The notes: generated by a model from the sequence alone, not told the origin. A stretch of 64,000 nucleotides of DNA from Acidobacteriota bacterium (GCA_021730945.1 JAKFYH010000028.1:1472-65471); one strand, 5' to 3'. Shown: positions 9,717-20,445, numbered from the stretch's first letter. Translations and numbers: made by a program.

Positions 9717-10077
9717 CGTCGATTTCGACGCGCACGTCCTTGGGCAGCTTGACCACCTGCACGGTCGACCGGGCCGGATAAGGCGCAGTGAAGTAGCTGG
9801 CGTAGACCTCGTTCATGGCCGCGAACTCGCCAAGGTCCACCATGAAAACGGTGGTCCGGGCGACGTGCGAGAAGTCGGCGCCGGCCGCGGCCAGCAGCGC
9901 CTTGATGTTTTCCATGACGCGCGTCGCCTGGGCGGTGATGTCGCCGGCCACGACCTGGCCGCTCGACGGGTCGAGCGGGATCGATCCCGACAGGAACAGC
10001 AGGTTGCCCGTCCTGAGCGCGGGTGAATACGGACCGATGGCCTTGGCCGCGCCAGCGGCCGTCACCAGCTCCCGCAT
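9697..10077 (-). CDS. ridA: RidA/YjgF-family reactive intermediate deaminase
   Basis: 126 aa with 'GPYSPALRTGNLLFLSGSIPLDP' and 'PARSTVQVVKLPKDVRVEIDVIA'. Its start shares one nt with the rpmB stop (TGATG). Its 3' end overlaps the 3' end of rel convergently by 20 nt. Confidence 0.8.
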   Translation of the reverse strand: MRELVTAAGAAKAIGPYSPALRTGNLLFLSGSIPLDPSSGQVVAGDITAQATRVMENIKALLAAAGADFSHVARTTVFMVDLGEFAAMNEVYASYFTAPYPARSTVQVVKLPKDVRVEIDVIAVLG

Positions 10078-10268
10078 CAGGCGGCCTTGACGATCTTGCT
10101 CGAACGGATGCAGCGGGTGCAGACCTTGACCCGCTTGGTGCCGCCATCGACGACCGCCCGAACCGTCTGCAGGTTCGGCTCGAACCGGCGGGGACGAACG
10201 TTGTGGGCGTGGGAGACACGGCGGCCAACCACCGGACCCTTGCCACAGATTTCACAGCGCATTGCCAT
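10077..10268 (-). CDS. rpmB: 50S ribosomal protein L28
   Basis: 63 aa: 'CEICGKGPVVGRRVSHAHNVRPRRFEPNLQ...'. Confidence 0.9.
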   Translation of the reverse strand: MAMRCEICGKGPVVGRRVSHAHNVRPRRFEPNLQTVRAVVDGGTKRVKVCTRCIRSSKIVKAA

Positions 10269-10819
10269 AACAGTCGCTCCTTAGAGAAACGCCTATCTTA
10301 CCATCAGGGGTCGGCGCGCGGCCCGGCCTTCGCGCGATCGCGGTGTTTTGGGGCCTGGCGCGAGGTTCCGCCGGGGCGACCGGCCCCGCGGTCGGTAGAT
10401 CGATGCGTGTAACTATTGCCACACAGGTCCCGGCCGTGCTACCTTTTCCCGGTTTCTGGGTGTCCACGATAAGTGACAGGGTGGGAGAGAACCCAAAACG
10501 CGTGTCCGGCGTCTAATGAGCAGTGAACGGTGTTCGGACCGCTGACAGTCGGGTACGGCAAGGGCTGTAAGTCCTTGTGAAATAAAGCGATAGATATGGA
10601 GGACCGGGCCAGGTCCGGCCGCGTGGCACACTGCGGCAGGCACCTTTTGCGCTTTCCGGTTATATCCCCGGTCATCCGATCGGTCGCTCATATCGGTAAT
10701 TGGCAGTGCAGTTTTGGTCAGGGTTCATAGGCATCGCTCTTGCTTAAAGAAATACGCAAGCGCGGGCAATCATCGCCTTCCCAGTCGGGAAGGGCAGTTG
10801 GAAGGGAGCGGCTGAAGTC

Positions 10820-11284
10820 ATGGCAGCCAAAGTAAAGAAGCGGAACGTAGCGGTTGCGGAAGTGCCCACGGGGGCGCGGTACGACGAGTTGAAGCGGATG
10901 CTGATCGACCGTCAGCGCGAGATTTTGAACGAAGTCCAGGGCAAGATCCGGGACGTGCGGGCCGAGGGGTCTGAGAAGGACCACGAAGTGCTCGATCCGG
11001 GTGAGACCTCGGAGGTCGACATCCAGGAAGACATCGAATTCGCCCTCATCCAGATGAAGGCGGAGACGCTGAACAAGATCAACGAAGCGCTGTCGCGCCT
11101 GGACGAGGGCACCTACGGCCGCTGCTTCGAGTGCGGCGAGGAAATCGCCCAGCCCCGGCTGCGCGCGCTGCCGTTCGCGGTCCGGTGCAAGGACTGCGAA
11201 GAGGCCCGCGAGATGGCCCAGCAGCGCGAACGCATCCAGGCGCGCCGCGGCTCCTCGAGCCTCGGCTTCGACATGCGGGGCTGA
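10820..11284 (+). CDS. dksA: DksA/TraR-family C4 zinc-finger regulator
   Basis: 154 aa with a coiled-coil N-part and the zinc finger 'CFECGEEIAQPRLRALPFAVRCKDC'. Confidence 0.75.
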   Translation: MAAKVKKRNVAVAEVPTGARYDELKRMLIDRQREILNEVQGKIRDVRAEGSEKDHEVLDPGETSEVDIQEDIEFALIQMKAETLNKINEALSRLDEGTYGRCFECGEEIAQPRLRALPFAVRCKDCEEAREMAQQRERIQARRGSSSLGFDMRG

Positions 11285-11414
11285 CACCCCGGCGTCCTCA
11301 CAACAGGCTCCGCCGGTGGCGGGGTCTGTTGGATTCCCGCCTTCGGCTCACTCAACTGCAGTCAGGACGAGAGGCTTCTGGCCTCGACGTTCCCGGCCCG
11401 GGAGGGCCGGCCCT

Positions 11415-13874
11415 GTGAGCAACCAGATCGATCCGCTCGAGCCCGCGTCCGATACCACCGTCTTCCGGGTGCCGCCGGAAATGCCCGTGCTGCCCCTGCG
11501 TGACACGGTGCTGTTTCCGCAGGCCTTCATGCCGCTCGCCGTGGCGCGCGAAAGCTCGGTCAAGCTGATCGACGAGGCGGTCGCCAGCGGCCAGACCATC
11601 GCGGTGTTCGCGCAGCGGGAAGCCGGTGAGGACGATCCCGGCCAGAGCGATCTCTACGAGATCGGCACCGCCAGCCAGATTCACAAGATGTTCAAGTTGC
11701 CCGACGGCAGCCTGCGCATCATCGTGCAGGGCCTGGCCCGCGTGCGTCTCGACGAGATCACCGCCACCCGTCCCTACCTGCGCGGCAAGGCCACCGAAGC
11801 GCCCGAGATCCTCAAGGACGGCGACCTCATCGAGATCGACGCGCTGCAGCGCAACATCAAGGCTAATTTCCAGCAGATCGTGTCGCTGTCGCCGCTCATG
11901 TCGGACGATCTGCAGGCGCTGGCGTCCAACATCACCGACCCCGGCCGCCTCGCGGATTTCATCGCCTCCGGCCTGGGCACCATCGCCACCGAGACCAAGC
12001 AGGAAGTCCTGCAGACGCTTGACGTCCGCGCCCGCCTCGACCTGCTGAACCGGCTGCTGATCAAGGAACTGGAAGTACTCGAGCTCGGCTCGAAGATCCA
12101 GAGCCAGGTGCAGTCGGAGGTCGGCAAGAACCAGCGCGACTACTTCCTGCGCGAGCAGTTGAAGGCGATCCAGAAGGAACTGGGCGAAGGCGACGACCAG
12201 ACCCGCGAGATCGAGGAGTTGCGCACCAAGCTCGAAGCGGCCGGCCTGCCGGAGGCGGTCAAGAAGGAAGCGCTGCGCGAACTCGATCGGTTGTCGAAGA
12301 TGCCGCCGGCCGCCGCCGAATACACCGTGGCGCGCACCTATCTCGATTGGATCGTCGCCCTGCCGTGGGCGAAGCGGACCGACGAAGTGATTGACCTGAA
12401 GAAGACCAAGGGCATCATGGACGCCGAGCACTCGGGGCTTGAGAAGGCGAAGGACCGCATTCTCGAGTACCTGGCGGTGCGCAAGCTCAACCCCGGCATG
12501 AAGGGACCGATCCTGTGCTTTGTCGGCCCTCCGGGCGTCGGCAAGACTTCGCTGGCGCGTTCCATCGCCCAGTCGTTGGGCCGCAAGTTTGTCCGCATCT
12601 CGCTTGGCGGCGTGCGCGACGAGGCAGAAATCCGCGGCCACCGCCGCACCTACATCGGCGCGCTTCCCGGCCAGATTATCCAGGGCCTGCGCCGGGCCGA
12701 ATCGAAGAACCCGGTCTTCATCCTGGATGAGATCGACAAGCTCGGAAACGACTTCCGCGGCGATCCTTCGTCCGCCCTGCTCGAGGTGCTCGATCCGGAA
12801 CAGAACCACACCTTCCGCGACCACTACCTGGACGTGCCGTTCGACTTGTCGGAAGTGTTGTTTGTGACCACGGCCAACGTGCTCGACACGATCCCGCCGC
12901 CGCTGCGCGACCGCATGGAAGTGCTGGAGCTGCCCGGCTATACCGAGGAAGAAAAGCTGGCCATTGCCCGCGAGCACCTGGTTGCCAAGCAGGTGCAGAA
13001 CCACGGCTTGACCAAACAGCAGGTGGTCTTTACCGATGCGGGATTGCGCGCCGTAATCCGCGGCTACACCCGCGAGGCCGGCGTGCGTAACCTCGAACGC
13101 GAGATTGGCGCCATCTGCCGCAAGATTGCCCGGCGTCGGGCCGAGGGTGCGGACGACAAGGTGAAGGTCACACCGGAGTTCGTCGAGCAACTGCTCGGAT
13201 CGTTCCGTTACATGGAAGAAGAAGTGAAGGACCGCACCAGGCAGCCCGGCGTCGCGACCGGCATGGCCTGGACGCCGGTCGGCGGCGACGTGCTGTTCGT
13301 GGAGGCGACGCGGATGGCGGGTGGCGGTTCGTTGACGCTCACCGGGCAGCTCGGCGACGTGATGAAAGAATCGGCGCGCGCGGCGTTGTCGTGGGTGCGG
13401 GCCCATGCCAACGAATGGCAGATCGACCCGGACTTCTTCAAACACTCCGAATTGCATGTGCACGTGCCGTCGGGTGCCATCCCGAAAGACGGACCGTCGG
13501 CCGGCGTCACGATGGTGACGGCGATGGTCTCGGAGCTGACCCGCCGCCCGGTGCGCGGTGACTTGTCGATGACCGGTGAGATCACGCTCTCGGGAAAGGT
13601 GCTGCCGGTCGGCGGCATCAAGGAGAAGGTGCTGGCGGCCAAGCGCGCCGGCGTCAAGGAAGTGATCCTGCCGAAGCAGAACGAGAAGAACGTCAAGGAA
13701 GACCTGGGCGACGAACTGCTGAAGGGGCTCACCATCCACCTGGTCAGCACGATCGATGAAGTGCTGCTGCTGGCACTGGTGCACGAGAACGATCGGCCGG
13801 CGAAGAAGGGCGGCGATCGCCCCGCCGCGTCGGGCCGCAAGACCCGGCCGGGGCACGCGCCCCGGTCGCGCTAG
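11415..13874 (+). CDS. lon: ATP-dependent Lon protease
   Basis: I prefer the GTG start at 11415, with a GGGAGGG RBS 8 nt upstream. It has the LON N-domain 'PVLPLRDTVLFPQAFMPLAV', Walker A 'GPPGVGKTS' and the protease site 'PKDGPSAG'. Confidence 0.95.
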   Translation: MSNQIDPLEPASDTTVFRVPPEMPVLPLRDTVLFPQAFMPLAVARESSVKLIDEAVASGQTIAVFAQREAGEDDPGQSDLYEIGTASQIHKMFKLPDGSLRIIVQGLARVRLDEITATRPYLRGKATEAPEILKDGDLIEIDALQRNIKANFQQIVSLSPLMSDDLQALASNITDPGRLADFIASGLGTIATETKQEVLQTLDVRARLDLLNRLLIKELEVLELGSKIQSQVQSEVGKNQRDYFLREQLKAIQKELGEGDDQTREIEELRTKLEAAGLPEAVKKEALRELDRLSKMPPAAAEYTVARTYLDWIVALPWAKRTDEVIDLKKTKGIMDAEHSGLEKAKDRILEYLAVRKLNPGMKGPILCFVGPPGVGKTSLARSIAQSLGRKFVRISLGGVRDEAEIRGHRRTYIGALPGQIIQGLRRAESKNPVFILDEIDKLGNDFRGDPSSALLEVLDPEQNHTFRDHYLDVPFDLSEVLFVTTANVLDTIPPPLRDRMEVLELPGYTEEEKLAIAREHLVAKQVQNHGLTKQQVVFTDAGLRAVIRGYTREAGVRNLEREIGAICRKIARRRAEGADDKVKVTPEFVEQLLGSFRYMEEEVKDRTRQPGVATGMAWTPVGGDVLFVEATRMAGGGSLTLTGQLGDVMKESARAALSWVRAHANEWQIDPDFFKHSELHVHVPSGAIPKDGPSAGVTMVTAMVSELTRRPVRGDLSMTGEITLSGKVLPVGGIKEKVLAAKRAGVKEVILPKQNEKNVKEDLGDELLKGLTIHLVSTIDEVLLLALVHENDRPAKKGGDRPAASGRKTRPGHAPRSR

Positions 13875-13912
13875 TTCACGCACCCAACACCGGCTCGGCT
13901 AGACTGGCGGCG

Positions 13913-14413
13913 ATGGTGACCTCCACCGAGGCCGACGGCTCGCTCGTCCTCGCCTATGACGCCGCTCCGTGGCCATCGGCGCTGTTCTCGCTGACCTCGG
14001 TGTTCGTGGCAATGGCGATCTACGACCTCACCATCGGCACCCGCGGCAGCGACCGCCTGCCCGGCCTGATCGGCGCCAGCCTGACCTGCGGACTGGGCGC
14101 CGTGATGGTGACGCAGTCATCCACGGTCCGCGTCAACCTCACGGCCCGCACGGTGGAGTGGGACCGCATGTGGGCCTTCCGCCGCTACCGCGGATCGGTC
14201 CGGTTCGATGAAATCGCCGCCGTCATCACCGAACAGAGCATGAACATGAGCATCTACGAGGCGCAGCACCGGCGGATCGTGCTGCGGACCGAGGATGGCC
14301 GCCTGATCCCCTTCACCGCTGGCTACCTGAGCGACACCGCTGGCCGCATGGCCGGACTGGCCGAGCGGGTCAGGCACCTCGTCGGTCTCGATCGCCCTAC
14401 TGCGGCGTCGTGA
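13913..14413 (+). CDS. Hypothetical membrane protein
   Basis: 166-aa ORF with two predicted TM helices followed by a soluble domain. There is no recognisable motif, but codon usage looks coding-like. Confidence 0.4.
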   Translation: MVTSTEADGSLVLAYDAAPWPSALFSLTSVFVAMAIYDLTIGTRGSDRLPGLIGASLTCGLGAVMVTQSSTVRVNLTARTVEWDRMWAFRRYRGSVRFDEIAAVITEQSMNMSIYEAQHRRIVLRTEDGRLIPFTAGYLSDTAGRMAGLAERVRHLVGLDRPTAAS

Positions 14414-16415
14414 GTTTCTTCCGCTCGTCCAGCAGGTAGGCGCGCAGCGCCGCCACGGCCGCCTGGTCGAGCTCACCAAACCGTGGCATGCCGCGCTCCA
14501 CCAACGAGCCATCGAGGATCTTGTCGAGTCCCGTGTAGATGGCGGGCGACGACCGCCGCAGGTCGGGCAGAATCGTGGCGCCGCCGTGGCAGCGGGCACA
14601 ATAGGTGTTGAAGATCTTGCCGCCGGCGGCAATCTCCTCCGGGCTCGCCTTGCTGGCGATCGCGGTCACCGTGCGCGGCCGTGGCCGGGCGGGCAACGCC
14701 GCAGTGCCGCCAATCGCGAACGTCAACAGCCGCCCGTAGCTGCGCGTCTTCTTCGGGAACGCACCGCCCCAGCCCGCCATCACCGACACGTACTGCTTGC
14801 CATCGATCATGTAGGTGATCGGCGGCGCCACGATGCCGGTGGTGGCCCACGACGACCACAGCTTCTCGCCGGTGGCGGCGTGGTAGGCGATGAAGTCGCC
14901 GAGCGCGGTGCCCTGGAACACGAGGTTGCCGGCCGTCGCCAGCGTGCCGCCGTTCCAGTAGGAGCCGTATTCAGCGGTCCAGCGCGGCTTGCGCGCAACC
15001 GGATCCCAGGCCAGCAGCCGCCCGGCGTACGGCACGTCGTAGCGGTCCAGGTTGCGGCCGGTCGGGGCCAAACCCAGGTTGTACTCGAGCGGCTTGTATT
15101 CGAATTCGGTAGGCTGCTCGTAGTAGCGGCCGTTGTCCTGGGCGGGAATGTAGACCAGGCCGGTCTTCGGGCTGAACGACATGGCCTGCCAGTTGTGGCC
15201 GCCGAGCGGTCCCGGGCGGATGAAGGTGCCCTTCTCCTTGTAGTCGGCGCCGGCAATCTCCACCGGCCGACCCGTCTTCATGTCGACATGTGACGCCCAG
15301 TTCACCGTCACGTACGGATCGGCCGACAGCAACTCGCCGGTGGCGCGGTCCAGCACGTAGAAGAAACCGTTCTTCGGCGCCTGCATGATCACCTTGCGCG
15401 GGCGGCCGCCGATCTGCAGGTCGGCCAGCATCATCGGCTGCACCGCCGTGTAGTCCCACGTATCGCCGGGCACGGTCTGGTAATGCCAGACCAGCTCGCC
15501 GTTGTCGGGGTTGATCGCGAGGATCGACGCCAGGTAGAGGTTGTCGCCGCCACCCGGACTGCGGATCTCCCGGTTCCAGGCGGCGCCGTTACCGGTCCCG
15601 ACGTAGAGCAGGTTGATCTCGGGGTCGTAGACGATCGAATCCCACACCGTGCCGCCGCCGCCGTACTTCCACCACTGGTCACCACTCCAGGTCGGCAGGG
15701 CCGCATCGAGCGCCTTGTTCTCCTGCGGCTTCGACGGATCGCCGGGCACGGTGTAGAAGCGCCACGCCAGCTTGCCGGTCTCGGCGTCATAGGCCGAGAC
15801 ATAGCCGCGCACGCCGTACTCGGCGCCGCCGTTGCCGATGATCACCTTGCCCTTCGCGATGCGCGGTGCCCCGGTGCTGGTGTAGGCCTGTTTCTGATCG
15901 ACGGTAGTCACCGACCAGGCCGGCTTGCCGCTCTTGGCATCGATCGCAATCAAGCGGCCGTCGAGGGCGCCGACATAGACCCGGCCCTTGTAGAAGGCGG
16001 CGCCGCGATTGACGACGTCACAACAGGCGAGCTGGTCGTACTTGCGATGCACCTCGGGGTCGAACTTCCAGAGTTGCTGTCCGGTCTTGGCATCCACGGC
16101 ATAGACGACGCTCCATGATGCGGTGGTGTACATCACGCCGTCGATGACGAGCGGCGTGGCCTCGAGGCCGCGGTCGGTGGCCGTCTCGAAGGACCAGGCG
16201 AGCCCCAGCTTGGCGGCATTGGTGTCGTTGATCTGATCGAGCGGGCTGAAGCGCTGCTCGTAGTAGTCGCGTCCGTACGACAGCCAGTCGCCCGGCCGCG
16301 ATTCGGCGCCGGCCAGCGCCTGATCGTCGACCGGCCTGGCGGCCTGTTGCCCGGCGACCAAACCGGCGAACGCGACAAGAACAGTGGCGGCGACAGCGAG
16401 GACTCGACGAATCAT
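14397..16415 (-). CDS. PQQ-dependent quinohemoprotein dehydrogenase (type II ADH-like)
   Basis: 672 aa with a signal peptide. It has the vicinal Cys pair '[10 protein letters not shown]', repeated W-motif propeller blades and a C-terminal cytochrome c motif 'CARCHG'. Confidence 0.85.
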   Translation of the reverse strand: MIRRVLAVAATVLVAFAGLVAGQQAARPVDDQALAGAESRPGDWLSYGRDYYEQRFSPLDQINDTNAAKLGLAWSFETATDRGLEATPLVIDGVMYTTASWSVVYAVDAKTGQQLWKFDPEVHRKYDQLACCDVVNRGAAFYKGRVYVGALDGRLIAIDAKSGKPAWSVTTVDQKQAYTSTGAPRIAKGKVIIGNGGAEYGVRGYVSAYDAETGKLAWRFYTVPGDPSKPQENKALDAALPTWSGDQWWKYGGGGTVWDSIVYDPEINLLYVGTGNGAAWNREIRSPGGGDNLYLASILAINPDNGELVWHYQTVPGDTWDYTAVQPMMLADLQIGGRPRKVIMQAPKNGFFYVLDRATGELLSADPYVTVNWASHVDMKTGRPVEIAGADYKEKGTFIRPGPLGGHNWQAMSFSPKTGLVYIPAQDNGRYYEQPTEFEYKPLEYNLGLAPTGRNLDRYDVPYAGRLLAWDPVARKPRWTAEYGSYWNGGTLATAGNLVFQGTALGDFIAYHAATGEKLWSSWATTGIVAPPITYMIDGKQYVSVMAGWGGAFPKKTRSYGRLLTFAIGGTAALPARPRPRTVTAIASKASPEEIAAGGKIFNTYCARCHGGATILPDLRRSSPAIYTGLDKILDGSLVERGMPRFGELDQAAVAALRAYLLDERKKLTTPQ

Positions 16416-16423
16416 GGCAGGCC

Positions 16424-17578
16424 TCAGCGCTTCAGGCGCGGAATGAACTTGGTGACGCCCTGAACGGGCCCAACCTCCCCGGCGTAGACATTGCCGGCGG
16501 CATCAACCGCCACGCCTTCGCCCATCGAGCCGTAGCCGCCCATGCCCGAGGCCTGGCGCGACACGTGCTCAGGCACGAAGTACCACACCTCGCCGGTGCG
16601 GGCGCTGCCCACGCGCAGGCCCTTGCGCCAGCCGGGATTGTAGTTGTCATCCGACTCGGAGTCGATCGCGTAGAGCGTGTCGTTGCGATCGATGTAGAGA
16701 CCGCTGATGCGGCTGAACTGGTACCAGGTGTCGAGATGCTTCCCGTCCTGGTCGAAGATCTGGATGCGGCGGTTGCCACGGTCGGCCACGAACAGGCGGC
16801 CCTTCGAATCCATGGCCAGCGAGTGCGGGCCGCGGAACTGGCTCGGTCCGTAGCCGTACGAACCAAAGGTCTTGATGAACTTGCCGTCGGCCGAGAACTT
16901 CGAGATGCGGCCAATTGCGCCCGGTCCGTCGGCGTCGAGGAACTGCGCGCCGTGGGCCTCGGCCACGAAGATGCTGCCGTCGGGGGCGACCAGCACGTCG
17001 TTGGGTTCGCTGAACTTCGCCGGCGGATCGCCGGCTTCGCCGGGCGTGCCCAGGACCAACAGGACCTTGCCCTGCGGACTGAACTTGGTCACCGTGTGGC
17101 CCTTGCCCTTGGCGTCGGGGAACTGCTTCAGCTCGGCGGCGGTCGCCGAGCGGGCGTCCACCACCCAGACGTTGCCTTGCCGGTCGACGTCCATGCCGTG
17201 CGGCCACAGGATGAGACCGGCGCCGAAGCTCTGAACCACTTTGCCGTTCGGGTCGAGCTTCACGATCGGGTTGACCGTGGAGCCGGCGCACGAGTTGGCG
17301 CCGCAGCGGTCGCCGGCCCAGATGTGCTTGCCGTCAGGATCCACGTTGATCGCGCTGACCGAGCCCCACTTGCGGCCGTCGGGCAGGGTGCCGAAGTTGC
17401 GGACGGTCTCGTAGGGATTCGGAAGGTTGTTGATCGGCGTGACCTTGGCGTGTTCCGGCGGACCGGAAGAGCCGCGGGGTGGGCCGGCTGGGGCCTGGGG
17501 AGCCTGCGCGATGAGACCAGCGGCGGTCAGGACAAGGATGGCAGCGGCGAAGAGCGGCGAAGGACGGTTCTTGGTCAT
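16424..17578 (-). CDS. Secreted NHL-repeat beta-propeller protein
   Basis: The likely start is '[26 protein letters not shown]'. Repeats such as 'GNVWVVD', 'GSIFVAE' and '[16 protein letters not shown]' are typical of NHL blades. Confidence 0.65.
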   Translation of the reverse strand: MTKNRPSPLFAAAILVLTAAGLIAQAPQAPAGPPRGSSGPPEHAKVTPINNLPNPYETVRNFGTLPDGRKWGSVSAINVDPDGKHIWAGDRCGANSCAGSTVNPIVKLDPNGKVVQSFGAGLILWPHGMDVDRQGNVWVVDARSATAAELKQFPDAKGKGHTVTKFSPQGKVLLVLGTPGEAGDPPAKFSEPNDVLVAPDGSIFVAEAHGAQFLDADGPGAIGRISKFSADGKFIKTFGSYGYGPSQFRGPHSLAMDSKGRLFVADRGNRRIQIFDQDGKHLDTWYQFSRISGLYIDRNDTLYAIDSESDDNYNPGWRKGLRVGSARTGEVWYFVPEHVSRQASGMGGYGSMGEGVAVDAAGNVYAGEVGPVQGVTKFIPRLKR

Positions 17579-17702
17579 CGGGCAACTCCCTGGTGGATGC
17601 CCGATTGTGGGGGCTCTGCCGCGGCGAATCAAGCCGGCATTGCCGGCAGGGTATGCCCCTGCTGCAGATGCCGGCCTGTCGCCACGGAGGCGAATCGAAA
17701 TG

Positions 17703-18158
17703 CTAGAACGGGCCGCCGCCGGCCGCCACCATCGTCGGACGGGACTGAATCGGCGCCGGCGCCGTCTGAACCGCGCGCTGGATCACCTGGGCGGCCTTGC
17801 CGGGCGAGGTGGCCATCAACTGGCCGTTCAGGATGCTGACGTAGTAGACGGCTCCGGTCACGCTCTCGACTTCGAGGGCGTTCGACATGGCCTTGCTGGG
17901 CGCCACGCGCTTGATCTCGGACAGCGGCAGGCTCCACTGAAAGCGCGGCGACTGGTAGGCCAGCATGTTGCCGACAATCGTCAGGCGGCCGAAGCCGCGA
18001 CCCACCAGGGGCCCGGATTCAGCCGAGGTGGCCATCCACACGGGAACCGAAGCGCTCCCCTGTGCCTGCGCGGCCGCGGGCGCCACAGCCGTGAACAGGA
18101 TGGCCACGAGGATGAACTTGAAAATCCGGCCGGTGAAGAGGTTGGTGTTGTTGCTCAT
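17703..18158 (-). CDS. Hypothetical secreted protein
   Basis: 151 aa with a signal peptide 'FKFILVAILFTAVAPAAAQAQG'. The first ~20 codons are A+T-rich and continuous with the upstream A+T-rich spacer. Confidence 0.45.
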   Translation of the reverse strand: MSNNTNLFTGRIFKFILVAILFTAVAPAAAQAQGSASVPVWMATSAESGPLVGRGFGRLTIVGNMLAYQSPRFQWSLPLSEIKRVAPSKAMSNALEVESVTGAVYYVSILNGQLMATSPGKAAQVIQRAVQTAPAPIQSRPTMVAAGGGPF

Positions 18159-18434
18159 GCCATATGACAGAGCAATCGAGCTGCCACTTTGGACAACCCA
18201 CGTAATTATCCTGAAAACACCAAAAACCGCCAGTTTTGGGCCAAATATCGAACTATCAGTAGATTACAGTTCTGTCTGCCCGATCACGAGTCTGGTTATA
18301 ATCTCAAAATAGAGCAAAACAAATCAATTTAACGTCGATAAACACCAGTAACTAATTGTAAATAAACTACTTAATACAGAATGGGCAAAAAAAGAACACT
18401 AATTCTTGTCTTGGGACGTACCAAACTGCTCAGT

Positions 18435-18971
18435 TCAGGGAAGCAGGGTCAGGCCAGCCAGGGTCTTGAGGTCGACGATCTCTCCTGATTGGGCCAGTGC
18501 GCGCGCCTCGGTCACTGAAAAGCTGCGCGGCTCGATGTCTTCGTCCTCGTCCTTGCGGACCGTCGAGTCTGCCGCCGGCGGGCGCAGGTCGTCGCAGCGG
18601 CAATAGGTCATCTCTTCATCGCAAAAGCCCGGCGTTGGGTAGTAGCCGCGCAACTGCGTGACCCGCCCGGGCACCAGGCCGATCTCTTCTTCGCACTCGC
18701 GGGCGGCGGCGGCCACCGGATCTTCGCCGGCTTTCAGCGTGCCGGCCGGCAACTCCCAGATCCACCGGTCGATGGCGTAGCGATACTGGCGAATCAGGAT
18801 GATCGAGCCGGGTGACGGCACCGGCAACAGCACCACCGAGCCGGGATGGCGGACGATTTCCATGTCGATGGTATGCCCGCTCGGCAGGGTGACCCGATCG
18901 ATCTCGAGCCTGACGATGCGCCCGGTGTGGATCACTGCGCGCGCCAGCCGTGTGGCTGCCCGGTCGTTCAT
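18435..18971 (-). CDS. NUDIX hydrolase (ADP-ribose pyrophosphatase-like)
   Basis: The Nudix box is 'GTLKAGEDPVAAAARECEEEIGL'. The likely start is 'MNDRAATRL' at 18971. Confidence 0.75.
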   Translation of the reverse strand: MNDRAATRLARAVIHTGRIVRLEIDRVTLPSGHTIDMEIVRHPGSVVLLPVPSPGSIILIRQYRYAIDRWIWELPAGTLKAGEDPVAAAARECEEEIGLVPGRVTQLRGYYPTPGFCDEEMTYCRCDDLRPPAADSTVRKDEDEDIEPRSFSVTEARALAQSGEIVDLKTLAGLTLLP

Positions 18972-18979
18972 GTCGTCTC

Positions 18980-19702
18980 CTACTGCGCGCCCGGTTTGCC
19001 GGCGAACCACTCAAAGGCGGCGCGGATTTCAGCCGGCGGCACCCGGTGTCCGCCTTGATATTCGTGATACGTCACGTCATAGCCGTCGGCCTTCAGTTTC
19101 GGCAGGTAGACTCGCGCCGTCTTGTCGATCGGCATCTGCGTGTCGTCCACGCCGTGCGTCATGAAAATCTTTGGCTTACCTTGATGGCGATACGGAATCA
19201 TCTGCCCGCCCATGAAGACGATGATGTGCGTGAAGCTGTTGCCATAGGCGAGACCCATCGACAACGCGTAGCCGGCGCCATCGGACACTCCACCGAGTGC
19301 CACCCGGGTCTCGTCGATGTCGACGATGTCGGCCACGCGCCGGTAGGCGGGTCCCAGGTAGCGGACGTCGGCGTCGAAGCCGGGAATGGCGCGGCCCCAG
19401 GTGAGCCCGCGCGATTCGGGTGCGATCATCACCACGCCGAACTCCTCGGCCAGCGGGAACATCCCGCGCACGCCATCTCCGGTGCCGGCGAAGCCGTGCA
19501 GCATCATCATCACCGGCACCGGCACGCCAGGCCGGTAGCTTCTGGGGATGTAGAGGGTCGCATCGCGGTCGTCGTCTGAGAGGCCGAGCCGGCTGGCGCC
19601 GTAGGGCAACGCCGGTGGCGCCTGCGCCGTCGCACGTGCGGGGCGAGGCCACAGGCCGGTCGCGCCGGCGGCGCTCAACCTGAGAAAGGTGCGTCGATCC
19701 AT
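18980..19702 (-). CDS. Tat-exported alpha/beta-hydrolase (carboxylesterase / PHB-depolymerase-like)
   Basis: It has the twin-arginine leader 'MDRRTFLRLSAAG', a nucleophile-elbow-like 'GVSDGAG' and a C-terminal 'HGVDD...GGH'. Confidence 0.65.
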   Translation of the reverse strand: MDRRTFLRLSAAGATGLWPRPARATAQAPPALPYGASRLGLSDDDRDATLYIPRSYRPGVPVPVMMMLHGFAGTGDGVRGMFPLAEEFGVVMIAPESRGLTWGRAIPGFDADVRYLGPAYRRVADIVDIDETRVALGGVSDGAGYALSMGLAYGNSFTHIIVFMGGQMIPYRHQGKPKIFMTHGVDDTQMPIDKTARVYLPKLKADGYDVTYHEYQGGHRVPPAEIRAAFEWFAGKPGAQ

Positions 19703-19782
19703 CGTGCCGGCACGTTACTACGGGCGTTCACGCGCGACAAGGCCGCGCGGCCGCGCGAGATCGCTGTGCTAGGCTACCGGCC

Positions 19783-20445
19783 ATGATCGTGCGTCGCCTC
19801 GTATGCGGGTGTCCGCTCCTGCTGATTCTGATCAGCTCAAATCTCGCACTGGCGCAGCCGGCGCCGCCGCCGCTTCCGCTCACCTTGACGCTCGAATCCG
19901 ATCCCGCCCTGGGCCCGGGCAAGATTGCGGTCGCCAAGGGCATAACCGCCGCCCGGTTGGCGCGTTTTGCGGTGGAAGGCCTGGATGTCGCCCAGCCGGT
20001 GTCTGTCGTCGTCTCGACCGTTGATCCCGCGCGGCCGATCGATGTCGTGGTCGTGAAGGACAGTTTTGACGACCCGCTGCAGAAGGCGACCACCGGTGCC
20101 GACGGCACCGCGACGCTGCAACTGCGGACGCACGGCGACTTCGGCATTGGCGTCAGGGCATCGGATGGGACGGAACTCCCGTTCATGCTGGCGGTGTGGG
20201 CGGGCGAGATCACCTCGCCGGAGTCGGCGCCGTTCCTGGCGCCGGTCTCAAACTATGACGCGGCTACGCTGGCCAAGCTCAAGTCGGCCACGGCGGTCGC
20301 CGGCGATACGGCGGCTGCCGCTCCCGCCGCCACCGGCGGCGGCCTGCTCACCTGGCTGGCGCTGGCGGTGGGTGCCATTGCCGCGATTGGCTTGCTCATG
20401 GTCGGCGTGGCAATGCTTCGGCGAAAGCCGCAGGGGGGGCAGTGA
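19783..20445 (+). CDS. Hypothetical exported protein with C-terminal TM anchor
   Basis: 220 aa with a signal peptide and the C-terminal segment 'LLTWLALAVGAIAAIGLLMVGVAMLRRK'. Its stop overlaps the next start (TGATG). Confidence 0.45.
   Translation: MIVRRLVCGCPLLLILISSNLALAQPAPPPLPLTLTLESDPALGPGKIAVAKGITAARLARFAVEGLDVAQPVSVVVSTVDPARPIDVVVVKDSFDDPLQKATTGADGTATLQLRTHGDFGIGVRASDGTELPFMLAVWAGEITSPESAPFLAPVSNYDAATLAKLKSATAVAGDTAAAAPAATGGGLLTWLALAVGAIAAIGLLMVGVAMLRRKPQGGQ

Noticed and set aside
10269-10819. The rpmB-dksA gap considered as RNase P RNA, SRP RNA, tmRNA or a sigma-54 promoter.
   Set aside because: There are partial look-alikes (GTCCACGA...AGAACCC, GGAGGACCGGGC, CAGGTCCGG, TGGCAC). 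For RNase P they are in the wrong order. They also lack the GGAA tetraloop context of SRP RNA, any tRNA-like 3' end, and the GG-N10-GC spacing of sigma-54 promoters.
11352-13883. Very long antisense ORFs opposite real genes. Examples are the 843-aa ORF opposite lon, 59658-62354 opposite the histidine kinase, 25477-27663 opposite ileS and 28529-29215 opposite the M16 peptidase.
   Set aside because: Their translations are Arg/Ala/Gly/His-rich low-complexity strings with no motifs. Such stop-free shadow frames are expected opposite genes in very high-G+C DNA, and the sense-strand genes carry unambiguous family motifs.
18159-18434. The A+T-rich pocket considered as a replication origin or dif site.
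   Set aside because: There is no dnaA/dnaN nearby, no cluster of TTATCCACA-like boxes (only one 2-mismatch match, ttatcctga), and no recognisable 28-nt XerCD dif palindrome.
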